Below are positions 26,786-37,716 of a DNA stretch of 64,000 bases, one piece after another (positions within the stretch are counted from its first letter, which is position 1; every line of letters starts with the position of its first letter). The notes under the pieces were generated by a model. The model had not been told where the DNA came from. It was given only the letters and a program-made list of their open reading frames with translations, and did no database searches. The position numbers were made by a program, and so were the translations under genes. Source of the stretch: Lepidodermella squamata (Eukaryota > Animalia > Gastrotricha). The stretch spans positions 389,011 through 453,010 of the forward strand of contig JBLDXI010000060.1 of the NCBI GenBank assembly GCA_047495785.1, in the 5' to 3' direction.

Positions 26786-27011
26786 CATTGTTTCCAATTG
26801 AATAATATTATCCTTGGATCGTTTATATCAAATTAACATTTGAAATGCCTGTATCAAATTACTTATCATCATCCTACGACGGTGAATCGCTAATCTTGTC
26901 GTTGTGAATCAAGAGTTAACAGATATTTAATATTTAATATGCTCAATATTCTTGAACTCAATAAACGTTTCTTACAATTTCATTGTGTTTTAGGTTTATT
27001 CTTATTACTTT

Positions 27012-27891
27012 ATGTTTTCACTTCCGAAGGCTTTTCAGCTTTGCGTCTACTTGATGCTCCTTACGGATTCGATGGGCTATCCTGCCAGCGGAGAGTTTCT
27101 GCTTGACATTTTCAAGCTCAATAGAGACGACCAAGGTCATATCGTGCGGAAGCGTGATACCACGATTGCGAGAAAGCCGGAGATATTGGAAGTTGCTAGC
27201 GGTCTTCAATACTACCGTGCGTATCAAACCGGGTCTAACAAGTGTTTGGCAAATTTCACAAAAATTGGTATGGCTCTATTGTTATCACTTGCTTGTTTTT
27301 ATAAGATTGGTCTTTCAGCGGAGAAGATGTGCGAGTGGCCGCTTCCTACTGAAAAATGGGATGAGTTGACGATGAAGCTCATGTCTTGTTTCGTGAGACA
27401 TTCCTGTAGCACTATATCTTGTGTGATGACTCTACCCGAAGAAGATATTCGAACGTGGGCAACTTCTTTCAGTTTGGTCAGCCCTTTGTGCGCTTACCTC
27501 GCTACTAACGGTACACATCTTTCATTGGCCGATTCGCTTTTTGATTTGGAAGCCTACAAAAGTTTTGGCATGAAAGCTGCTGAACTTGCTTCTACTGTAT
27601 TTAACGTCGCGAGCAAATCTATTCATTTCTTTCGGCGTGAGATCGTTTATATTTTTCTACTATTTGGCGCGAATTGCATGGACTTTGTCGTCTTCTCTTT
27701 TCAATCATATACATAACATCTTCAAAAAAAACAAAAAAGTCCAATTCACCCCAACCAATCAGCCTCCTCAAGAGACTGTGCCTCTCATGGAGTCTAGCAA
27801 TGAAATAATGAAGCAAGGCATTTTGAAGGCGAGTAATTGTTCAGGTTGCTCAAATTGTGGACGACGAATTTCAACCAGGAAACGGAATTGA
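27012..27891 (+). CDS. Signal-peptide protein with Kar5/GEX1/Brambleberry-like cysteine-rich domain and C-terminal TM (intron 27268-27318; probable frameshift near 27670)
   Basis: N-terminal hydrophobic leader. Removing the 51-bp GT-AG intron gives CLANFTKIAEKMC-x18-CF-x4-C-x4-C-x22-CAYL. Hydrophobic stretch, then KKNKK in the overlapping frame 27586-27891. Confidence 0.6.
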
Positions 27892-28095
27892 TTGTAAATT
27901 GATGCATTGTGACTCTGCGTGTTTTGACATTCGATTCGCTTTTGTGTCGCGGCTTTTTATACCCATTTTATACTATGTTATACTCAATGCTCTTTTCTCT
28001 TTTTTCATGCTCTGACATGTAAGCTCATTAAATTTCCTCAATTTAATCAAAATGATTCATGTGGTCTGATTTTTTTTGTCGATTTTAGAGAATTA

Positions 28096-30273
28096 ATGTC
28101 CCAGTTTGTTTTCGGAGACTTGCCTTTTCCGCTATTCTTGATGGATCCCGAAGATCGATTTGAAGAAAGCAGCGATAATTTCTCAACGATGCAGGCAACT
28201 ACGAGCGAAACGACTCGATATCACGATGCCCTTGCTGACCGAACGAATACTTGCTCGGGAAATATTTCAAGTCACTTCGCTAAAAAGAAGTGCCGACCCC
28301 GCGCTGGTAACGGAAAATTTGCTCCATATTTGCCTTTCAATGAGCGGAACCGCAAGGATCGTCATCTGCAACGCTACTGCGTTTTTTGCGGAAGCCCGAA
28401 GAGCACGAAATTCCTCAAACAGCATATCTTGCGCTACTGCCCGGAGACTGCCGGTCGTCGATCGTCCGATGAAGTCATCAAAGCTGCAAACTATGTGCGC
28501 AAGGCTGCTATCTTTCAAGGATCCAAACATGGACTAGCCCATCGTAAAACACCATCTGCCCGAGGTGTGAAAAGGGTGAATTTTTCAACTAATTCCGAAT
28601 CATGTCATCGTTCGGCGCAAATGGATTCGACAGAGATTTCACAAGGATCTTGCGTTTGCTCAAGAATCAGTACGCCGAAAAATGCCCATTCTCAAGGATT
28701 CAGCGATAATGGAACTTCGAATTCCATCTGTACTTGTTCGGAAAGCCAACGCCGTGCTCCAGTTGCGTGCTCTACACCTGCTCTTCAGAATATGGATGCT
28801 GATGTCTCTCATCCAGTCGATTTCACATTCAACAGCTCATTTGATCAGTCCAATTGTTCGGGTGAGAACGAGTATTTCGGTGACGATGGCGCTGTCTCCT
28901 CTCGGCAGCAGAGCGAATCTAATATTTCACATGTTCAGACTTCGAATGAAGGCGTCGTATTGGACGACACTTATTTCGATGAATCGTCTGACGAAGAGAC
29001 ATCAGGCGAGGCGACGTTGTCAAAGAAATTAACCCGTATCGCGCTGTCTCCAAGCCCAATTAAGAAGACGAGAAAATTGAGTAAAAAATATGTCACCAAT
29101 GATCCTCGCTTGAAGCCGGCCCTCGAGCATTATAAAGATCCAGATTTTAAAATGGAAGCAACGCAAGATGATCGCAATGCTAAAACTGTTCGATCGCGTT
29201 ATTCCGGACTAACCGGCATCCTCAATTTGGCAGGCATATTCACTGTTGAGGATATGCTCAATGTTGACAAATGGTTCGATTTCGCGGCTCGTGAGGATCG
29301 ATTGATTACGACAAATTTACGCGGTGGGGAAGAGCCAGTCTCGTGCCACAGTCTCTACATGAGATTCATGGCTTTAAAAGACTTCTTGCAAATGTTTCGA
29401 GACAACTTCCTTTTACCGAGACGTCTTGTTAGCGAATCGGAGCGTGAAAAAATCGATTTCATCATTACCAGATTCCTTGACCCGAGGATCAAGCAGTGCA
29501 ATGCTAAACGTGGCAAGGCACAGGCTGCGCTGAAACACGAAAGAATTGATGAAAAGGTCACTATTCATCTAGCGCCACAATACGCTGAATTCATTTCGCA
29601 GACGATCGCCGAGATGGAGAAAGCAGGCCAAATTGTGCCGTATGCCTTTCGAATTGCGAGAATTGTTGTTAAAATGAACGCCTTCAATGGCTGCCGCCCT
29701 TCGAGTCTCGCAGGCATGAAGGAGGCTGAATTCGATAAGCGATTTTCCGAGATCCCGGGCACTTGGACAGTTCATGTCCTGGAGACGAAGAACGGTAAGC
29801 GGTGCTTCCCCTACGTTACGATGGACCAGGAACTTGTGGAACTCTACGACGAATACCGCCGCAAGTTCCGGCCGAAGCCGGCTGACCCTAAAAGCGCCAA
29901 GTATTTACTGCTACGAAGTGATGGCAAGAGGTTTGATTGCTTGTCCTACTACGCAAGTATTTTGTGGGACAAATTCGTCCTAACTCTTCCATCTACTGCC
30001 CGACCGAGTCTCGCATCATATCACTTTTCAATGCAAAGGCGCATGATGCAGACAAGTTCTCGCCACAATCAAATTCCTGGCTTGACTCCCGCCCAACAGA
30101 AACAGGTCAACCGCTACCTCCACCACACCGATGGCGTTGCCGAGCAAATCTACGAGCAATTTATTTCACCTCAGGAACATGCTGAAATTTTCTTGAAATT
30201 TAAGGAATTTCTCAGTTCTCAGAAAAAACCCAAACAATCGCCAAGAAAAATGCCTAGATCAAAGAAACCTTGA
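28096..30273 (+). CDS. Tyrosine recombinase (Crypton-like) with N-terminal Zn-finger-like motif, 725 aa
   Basis: CVFC...HILRYC; catalytic-type motifs NGCRPSSL (R), ETKNG (K), FSMQRRMMQT (R), YLHHTDGVAEQIY (H, Y); AATAAA at ~30501. Confidence 0.8.
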   Translation: MSQFVFGDLPFPLFLMDPEDRFEESSDNFSTMQATTSETTRYHDALADRTNTCSGNISSHFAKKKCRPRAGNGKFAPYLPFNERNRKDRHLQRYCVFCGSPKSTKFLKQHILRYCPETAGRRSSDEVIKAANYVRKAAIFQGSKHGLAHRKTPSARGVKRVNFSTNSESCHRSAQMDSTEISQGSCVCSRISTPKNAHSQGFSDNGTSNSICTCSESQRRAPVACSTPALQNMDADVSHPVDFTFNSSFDQSNCSGENEYFGDDGAVSSRQQSESNISHVQTSNEGVVLDDTYFDESSDEETSGEATLSKKLTRIALSPSPIKKTRKLSKKYVTNDPRLKPALEHYKDPDFKMEATQDDRNAKTVRSRYSGLTGILNLAGIFTVEDMLNVDKWFDFAAREDRLITTNLRGGEEPVSCHSLYMRFMALKDFLQMFRDNFLLPRRLVSESEREKIDFIITRFLDPRIKQCNAKRGKAQAALKHERIDEKVTIHLAPQYAEFISQTIAEMEKAGQIVPYAFRIARIVVKMNAFNGCRPSSLAGMKEAEFDKRFSEIPGTWTVHVLETKNGKRCFPYVTMDQELVELYDEYRRKFRPKPADPKSAKYLLLRSDGKRFDCLSYYASILWDKFVLTLPSTARPSLASYHFSMQRRMMQTSSRHNQIPGLTPAQQKQVNRYLHHTDGVAEQIYEQFISPQEHAEIFLKFKEFLSSQKKPKQSPRKMPRSKKP

Positions 30274-30744
30274 ATTAGCTTCGTTAATATTTTCGAATTC
30301 CTCGTGAAAGCTCTTATTCAATGCTTTTTGCATGTAAATGATTGCCTATTGCCAGTTCTTGTAAATTGTTTGTAAATTTCTATTACTCATTCGAACTTAT
30401 TGTTGACGTCATGGAAACATCCGCACGGATCCGCAATATTTATTACTTAATTCATTTTTTTTTATAATTTATTGGTTCTTAATCATTCGTGCAATATCAG
30501 AATAAAGACGACGTGGTTTTAAATAAGTCTTTTTCATGTATCCGGTGATTTTGTCGGGGAGAAATGTTCCGGCTGTAACAAAGACAGCGTCACCTAGCTG
30601 ACGGAATTTCACGAATATTGTGCTAAGCTAGAGCCTCGGATAGAATAATCAGAATGCCTTGCAAATTTCGCTGAGTTCGCTGAGTTATCAAAACCTTGCC
30701 GATTTATCAAAATGGTGTCGAGTGAGTTATATATTGATAACTTA

Positions 30745-32759
30745 TCCAGAGGAACCAAGGTTTTGCCTGGTTTAAGTTTGATCATGGCGCATTTGAGGCA
30801 AGAAGTGCACCAACTCATGATGTCTACTCCCATGCCTGGCCAGAAGAATTTTGCTTGGATACTAGCGAGGGTTTTACCTGCTCCTAGATGTCCAGCTGCT
30901 GGGATCGAGTGGAATAGGTGGAAAATTTCCCCTCTTCGCTTTCTCGGTAATACGATCAAATCTGTATCGTTTTTCATATCGCGGAGAACACAAACACCAA
31001 AGTGAGAGGAACTTGTTGATTCTGGGGCTCTTCCACTTCGTGAGTGGTTTGCCGGAGCGATTTATTACTGCTTCGCAAATTTTTCCGATTTCGGGATCGT
31101 CGAGCTGCTCTTTGGCAAGCGCGTCCATTTCCCAAGCTAAGGCATCAGTGAATTTGATCGCGTTGATCAGTTCTTGTTCTGGACTAATTCTGGAAAGTGC
31201 ATCGGCGATCACTTGGGTTTCGCCCGGCGCATACTCGATATCGAAATCAAACTCATTAAGCCAAAGTATCCATCTGTGGACTTTCGGAGAAGGCTTTTTG
31301 CAAGTTTTTAACCAAGTTATTGGCTTATGATCTGTGATCATGGTGAATTTTACACCTTTTAAGTAATCGCTGAATGTCTGGGTTGCCCAGTATAGGGCGT
31401 ATGCTTCGCGTTCTGTTGTGATCCATTTCTGCTCAGCTTTTGTGAGGGGCTTACTAGCATAGGCCACTGGCCTTTCGCCTTCGCCTGAGTCTTGCATCAG
31501 GGTGGCGCCCACACTAAAACTAGAGGCATCGGCGTAAACACGGAATGGCAGTTCATAATTTGGAAGTGCTAGTACAGGTGCTTCTTTCAAAGCTGCCTTG
31601 AGCTTCCAGAACGCGGTTTGACATTTCGAATCCCACATGAAGGGAACGAGATCGCTCGTCATTTCTGACAATGGCTTAGCAATTTCTGCATAATGTTGTA
31701 TGAATTTACGGAGATGACCTGTCATTCCGAGGAATCTGCGTAACTCTTTTCGAGTCTTTGGCGCTGGGTAATCATCGATTCCTTGTGTCCGCTTGGGATT
31801 TATTTCAACTCCCCACCGGTGAATTATCTGACCGAGAAAAGGGATGGAAGTTTCAGCGATGATGAGTTTTTCCTCCTTCATTGTTAAGCCAGTTTTGGCG
31901 AGTTTTGACATGACGGTGTCGACGATGTCGAGATGTTCATCAACGGATCCTTTGTTATGCACAATAATATCGTCAACGAAAACTGTACATTTCTCATCCG
32001 CAATTTCCTCACGCAAAATTTGGTCCATGACACTTTGAAAAATTTCGCTTGAGTTATTCATGCCAAATGGCAAAGCACATAGCTGATATTTCCCCCACGG
32101 TGTCTCAAACGCAAGTATGCCACGTGAGTCCGGGTGAATGGGAATTTGGAGAAATGCATCTTTCAGATCGATTTTTGTGAAATATGTACACTGACCCAAA
32201 CGTTCGAAATAGTCAGCTGCCGTTGGCAAGGGATACCTGAATCTTTTGATATTCTTGTTTTGCCGTTTGAGGTCGAGGCATACTCGAGTTGTGCCGTCCT
32301 CATTCATGACGAAATGAGGTGGCGAGTTGTGTCTGCTCAGACCTGGTTCAGGCTCGGCTTTGCCGTTATCAATCCACCGGTCAAGGGTCTCTTTGAGAAT
32401 ACGCTTCTGCTGAGGATTCATTTTTCTGGGAGGCTCAAAGCTTATGAGTTTCGGATCGATTAATTCAATTCTGTATCCGAATTTTTCCGCCATACCAATC
32501 CTGTCATTCTTGCCAGAGACATAATTTTGGTATTTTTCTTTCAGGGCAAGGATCCTTGGATCATCCCGTGCGATGGCTGGAAATTTTTCGAGACTGGCCT
32601 TCAGTTGGGCTTGAAATTCTTCAGGCGCCAACGTTTTGGCGGAAAAGGGCTTTTCAAGCGCAGTGAGCTCATCTCTGTCCTCGTTTTCTGAGGATGATTC
32701 AGAGATTTTACGCTCTTTAGGCTTCCGGGTTCGTTTCTGCTTCGGCTGATGATCGTCCG
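30745..32759 (-). pseudogene. pol: Gypsy pol: RT, RNase H and integrase Zn-finger (frameshift near 30980, truncated)
   Basis: LPFGMNNS, FVDD, RRFLG, YADAS, EREAYAL, TDHKP, ADALSR; HSIPAAGHLG...CLKC. Confidence 0.92.
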
Positions 32760-34056
32760 CACTAGTAAAAATAAGTTATTAGCTAGCAGGGCTAGCTAGT
32801 CGCTAGCTAGCTCACTGTTTCAGCACTATGTATAAGGTGGGATATCTAGCGCGCAATGAAAAGTTGCTAGCTAACGGATCAAGTTGCTAAATAGCGCAAC
32901 GCTTAGACGCGAATATTGACAAGCTGCTATAGAGAGCTACCTAGCAGGTTATTTCGTAATCTAGCTGCTAGCTAGCATATGATCGTGCCTCGATGCGCTA
33001 TCTAGCAGGACCTGAAATTCAAATACTTCCCGCCAACCGCCATTTTGGATTTTCACCTGCTAGCTAGCCCAAAAATTCAAATTTTTAAGCTAGCTAGCCC
33101 AAATATTTGAATTTTCAAGCTAGCTAGCGCACATCTCTCGCACAACAGAACTTGAATGCCTTGACATTGTTACATTTTCTCATTTCAAGTCAACTTAAAC
33201 TTAGAGCATCAGAACTCCGGCTAGGTATTGCGGTTACTTTCTCTGTTTTCCCGCCCGTTTTCATACGAAGTAATGTATCGATATTTGTATTTTTTAGATC
33301 ATAGCTACGATAAAAGTTTACCATCAAACGCGACGCGGCCAGCAGCCAAGGATCGCTCTATGAACTGGTTTTTACATCGCTTTTATCTTTTATTTCAGTA
33401 ACAAAGTAAGTAACAGTTATTTGATAATTGCTGAAATCTAATTTTCTTGCCTGTTTTTAGTTCTTGCAACAAGCTGTTTGATCCTATGCAATATCAATAG
33501 ATGCGCTGTACTAGCCGCGGTGGCTGTTCAAATTCTAATACTGCTGCCTAACTGCTCTCGTCGACTATCGTTATCTTCGGCCATTTAGTATTTTTGTTAT
33601 TGCTTCTATGTCATGTTAACGATCGTTCTCGAGTGCTATGTTATGCTTCTGAAATTACCAAGTTGTTATTTTGCGCTAATGACAAATGAATACATGCTAT
33701 CTAATAAAAAAGAAGGTTCAAAAATTGACTTGACTGTAATTAACTTAAATTACGAGAAAACCAGGAAGGAGAGGATAGCGGGGTGGCTAGCTAGCCATGA
33801 AAGTTATAAAACTAGCCAGTCCTGCCCTATTTAGCACCCAGTGCTATATAGTGGGATGGCTAATATAGCAGCCTGCTAGGCAACGCAACTGCTACATAGC
33901 GCGCCTTGTTACTATTATCTAGCAACTTTCTACATAGAACATCGTGCGCTAGTTAGGGGGGCACCAGGCTTATATATAACGGGTTACTAGCTAGCAAGTG
34001 AAGTTTCTAGCTAGCGCAAGACGCTAAAACTAACTAGCAGCTTATTTTTACTATTG
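32760..34056. mobile_element. Non-autonomous CACTA/CMC-like element inserted in pol
   Basis: TIRs cactagtaaaaataag / cttatttttactattg, many gctagc subterminal repeats, 2-bp CG TSD. Removing the element and one TSD copy restores the pol frame. Confidence 0.85.
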
Positions 34057-34770
34057 CGCCGTTCCCGGAACCTTGTCATCACTGTGTGAATTTAGAATTT
34101 AGAATTTGTTCGAGGTGTCAATTGAGTCATTGTGACTTTGCTTCGGTTGTTTCTCTACGTTGTCTGCAGGTTCAGGGGCAGTCAAAGCAGTCATGACCGT
34201 GTCTTTGTTGCCTAGGAGTGGGAATTCTCCGAAAATTGTGTTCAAAGTGTCGGTGACTAGGTCAATCTTGGAATGAACTCGTCGCAAAAAGTCCAAACCA
34301 AGAATAATTCCTACACCGGTGCCTTGGCAAACTGCGAATTGGTTTGTGAATTTTTTATTATTTATGGACAAATTTATTTGTATTTGACCTAGGAGTGGCA
34401 AGGTGCGACCGTCTACACCCGTTGCGACGCTACTACCTGGTTGCTGCCAAACTTGGGCTTGCTTTTGCAATAAATTCACGACTTGTTGCGATACAACTGA
34501 GATCGTGGCTCCTGTGTCTACCAGAGCTTGGAATACCAAGTTGTGCGTACTAATATTGATTAGGCACGGTTTCCGGCGCGTGTGGTGAATACCATTAAGA
34601 GAATCGACACAAGAAATATGATAAGAGGCATTTGAGAAAATTAATTTTTTATTCGAGGATTCACATGGATTTGATTTTTTAAGAGTTTTCATAAACCTCA
34701 GTTTCTTCTTCAGCTTCCTTCTCTTCTCGGCCCTCGGCGGCGGTCGACGCGTCGGACCGACTAATTTAAA
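34057..34770 (-). CDS. Gypsy aspartic protease region (start of pol, reached by -1 frameshift)
   Basis: ALVDTGATISVV and IILGLDFL motifs; in-frame TAA at 34101-34099. Confidence 0.88.
34740..34770 (-). promoter_or_regulatory. gag-pol -1 ribosomal frameshift signal
   Basis: Slippery T TTA AAT (34770-34764) in gag frame, followed by hairpin cggtccgacgcgtcgaccg; the -1 frame is open into the protease ORF. Confidence 0.75.
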
Positions 34771-36168
34771 AAGGAGGCGTCGTACCCTTCACGAACACAA
34801 CCTTTCTCAAAGTCGCGACGGAGGTCCAGGCAGGCCGGGGCCAGATGATTGGCTCGGCCGCAGTAGGAGCAGTTCTGTGCGTGTTTGCAGTCCACTGATC
34901 GGTGCCCCTGTTGACACCACAAGCACCGGAGCGTAGTGCGCTGGCGCTTGTTGTTGTTGGCAGCGCTGGCGTTGGCGTTGCTGCTGTTCGTGTTGTTGTA
35001 GTAGCCGGCATGATGGCCGTTGCCGTTGTTGCCATTGTTGTTGCGGTCGGGGAACCCGGCGCCGCTGGCGCAACTAGTGGCTGACTCTTGATGCGGATGC
35101 CGGCCGGAGGCGTTCGTAGCTCGGTCGCGGAGCTGTCGCTCGATGTTGGTGATCCGGGCGGCGATGCCGTCAAACGCCTTTTCCATAGCGGACTTGGCCG
35201 TCTTCACTTCTGAAATAGGGCAAACAATGTTTTTAATTTTGCTTGATTCCCTATAAGCTGACAATGCCAAAGCTACCGTACAGTCGAATGTGGACTTTGT
35301 AGCTGTTGTGAGGGCTAGGCGGACTTTGTCGTCGGCCAGGCCTTCATGGAAAGTATTTATCAGGGTATCAACTTCCACGCCGAGGCGCGCTGCAAGTAGG
35401 CGAAGGGCCGAAGCATATGCTTCGATCGACTCGCCTGCTTGCTGCGTCATGGTGTACAGGTCCTTCATGGAGGAAGAAGAGCTTTTTGGTTCGGGGAAAA
35501 TTTTGCCGAATTCAGTAATTGTCTGTGCGAAAGTTCACATTCTTATGTTTGATTTCCTTGAAAATTTCTTCCGCATTGGTGTCCAATTTGGAGTAAAAGT
35601 AATCCTCAATGTTTGTGGGTGGTATTTGTAATAATTTGACGCTAGTCGTGAAACGGCGATAAAATGGTGGGAAAGGGGTCCCTGCCAAATAAATATCATT
35701 ACCTTGGATCACAGCGCCGAGGGCTACTGCGATATTCGGCACGGGCGCTTGTGGCGCTGGTGGTGGCGCTGGTGCTGAACGGGCTGCCGCTTGGGCCGCT
35801 TGGCCGTGCACCAAGTGCTGTAACGCTTGGCTGATGCTGGCGAGCGTAGTTTCCACTTGGCTCGCACCTGGGTTGAGCTGTTGCTGCGGCTGTTGTTGGA
35901 GCTGGTGCAACTGGCGTTGAAGCTGATCGATGTGAAGCTGCTGCAAACGCGCTTGCCATTCCGAAGGCGCATGGCCTTGCGGCTGGCTGTGGTCTGGCAG
36001 CTGGGCTTGACCTTGGCTTTGGCCGATGGTGTTTCGGTGGAGGTGAGGCCACAACAAATTTTGCTGCGGTTGCTCTTGATGCTCTTGATTCTGACTTTGT
36101 TGTGGGCCTTGGCCGGCGGGCTGAGCCGTTGGCTCTTCGACGCCCTCCCCACGCTCCTCATCGGACAT
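34761..36168 (-). CDS. gag: Gypsy gag (Q-rich N-terminus, QxxGES motif, two CCHC knuckles; 1-nt frameshift near 35531)
   Basis: ORFs 36168-35512 and 35468-34761 join on removal of one T; CLWCQQGHRSVDC and CSYCGRANHLAPAC. Confidence 0.88.
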
Positions 36169-36264
36169 GGGGACCTCAACATTTAGATTTTCGTTGTTCT
36201 ACATGATTTGAAAGAGGTAAATTTTACTAGAAATGAGAAAAAGGATTATAGGAAAAGTAAACGG

Positions 36265-36282
36265 TAGTTACCGGTGCCACCA
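36265..36282 (-). promoter_or_regulatory. Primer binding site
   Basis: TGGTGGCACCGGTAACTA on the minus strand, 1 nt from the LTR edge (..ACA). Confidence 0.75.
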
Positions 36283-36283
36283 A

Positions 36284-36724
36284 TGTAAAGTTGAAGTCAG
36301 TGATAATTTCAACCCAAAAAAACGAGAGCGTTTATTAAATATCATTTCCATCTTTTATAGGCTATTTTATCATTATTACATAATTTCACGTGTCAGCGAA
36401 ACGCGTGACACGAAGCGGAACGAAACGTGCGGTAGGTCGCGTGAAACGGAAAGGGCGACCAACCCTACACTACTACCAGCACTCAGTCAACAGAAGACCC
36501 ACCTGCAGCAACAAAGACTCCATCCCCGGTACCAGTGCCGCTAGCTACCAGCCATCACTAACAGCGTTGAACCCGAAAATGACTCAGTCATAACGATAGC
36601 CGATGTTGACGCTTCAGCCGCACCTCGCGCTATGAAAAAAAGATTTGCTGCCAAATTTACGGCAAGGGCCTGATCGAAATCGAAAGCCGTTCTGGCGGCG
36701 CTTGGGTAACTGTTCTGTGCGACA
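36284..36724 (-). repeat. Gypsy 5' LTR (outer boundary approximate)
   Basis: Starts TGT next to the PBS, shares its end with 25482-25557, contains AATAAA on the minus strand; candidate outer end ..gcgaca at 36724. Confidence 0.65.
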
Positions 36725-36867
36725 ACTCGAATATGGTAACGTTACCAAAAGGAATACAAAATTTTGACTTTTTTCAAACACTTGCTATTTCCTGACTATG
36801 AGGTTCATAGCAATGACCATGAGGGCCATGATGTTATTTTGACGAGCAACAATCCGAACAATCCGAA

Positions 36868-37716
36868 TAGTGGTTAAAAACGTAGAAACGGACAAACCGC
36901 CCGAAAATCCTGATGATTCCCAGTTAAAAATAAACGGGGAGAGTCTAGAAAGAATAAATACCTTCAAATATCTAGGAAGCATAATTAGCTCTGACGGTAC
37001 TTGCACTCTGGAAATAGAAGAAAGAATGCAAAAGGCCGGGTCTGGTTTCGGGGCATTAAACAAATCCATAAATAATAAATCGCAAGTCAGTATCCCTGCA
37101 AAAATGAAGGTTAAGCGAGCTGTAATGACTCCGACACTCCTCTACGCTTCTGAAAGTTGGAATGCAACCGCAGCTCACCAACTGAGGCTGGATGTTGTGC
37201 AGATGAGGTGGCTTAGGGCTATAGCCAACGTCACAATTATGGATAAAATCAGAAATGATGACATAAGAAAAATCTGTGAAGGTATAGAACCTATCTCAGC
37301 TCAAATAGAACATAACCGACTACGTTTCTTAGGGCACATTCTTAGAATGAATGACGATAACCTAGTCAAGCAAGCATACTTATGGACCCCACCCAAGGGC
37401 TGGCATAGGAAGTTAGGCAGGCCCAGGGTAGGATGGGATTATTGTAACACTCAAAGCTTATTGCAAGCAACAAATCTTGAAAATTACAAAAATTTCGTAA
37501 GCGTCTACAATGAAAAATGTCTAAATTGGGACAAAATTGAGGAGACAGCTTGTGATCGGTCTAACTGGAGGGCCTTCATTCGCGAACTTCTGGCCTTCAG
37601 GTCGCGGGGAACGGAATCTACTTGACTTCTCGCTCTCGCCGTCGTTAAAACTTTATTGTATGCCTCACCAACGCAAAACGACGATAAATAAAAACCAAAT
37701 GATGATGATGATGATG
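36868..37716 (+). mobile_element. 5'-truncated RTE-like LINE (C-terminal post-RT region, ORF 36870-37625)
   Basis: FKYLGS, LLYASESW, RLRFLGHILRM, GRPR..W motifs; (ATG)n tail; acaatccgaa TSD on both sides. Confidence 0.9.

Larger units (their letters stand above)
25556..30744 (+). mobile_element. Crypton-like tyrosine-recombinase element (~5.2 kb) with cargo genes
   Basis: Left end at the TTAA where LTR homology breaks, right end where Gypsy pol resumes. Perfect 16-bp subterminal inverted repeat taactcactcgacacc (25853-25868 / 30714-30729). gcccgaggg and cgcttcgctcg motifs near the left end. YR ORF inside. Confidence 0.7.
30745..36724 (-). mobile_element. Ty3/Gypsy LTR retrotransposon, 3'-truncated
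   Basis: 5' LTR, PBS, gag, protease, RT, RNase H and integrase HHCC in Gypsy order; integrase core absent. Confidence 0.92.

Noticed and set aside
34766-36186. Several alternate-frame ORFs over gag
   Set aside because: Shadow ORFs of GC-rich low-complexity gag sequence.
28096-36724. DIRS/Ngaro-type YR retrotransposon
   Set aside because: The RT is Gypsy-type with protease, PBS and integrase HHCC, and the YR is on the opposite strand inside its own bounded element.
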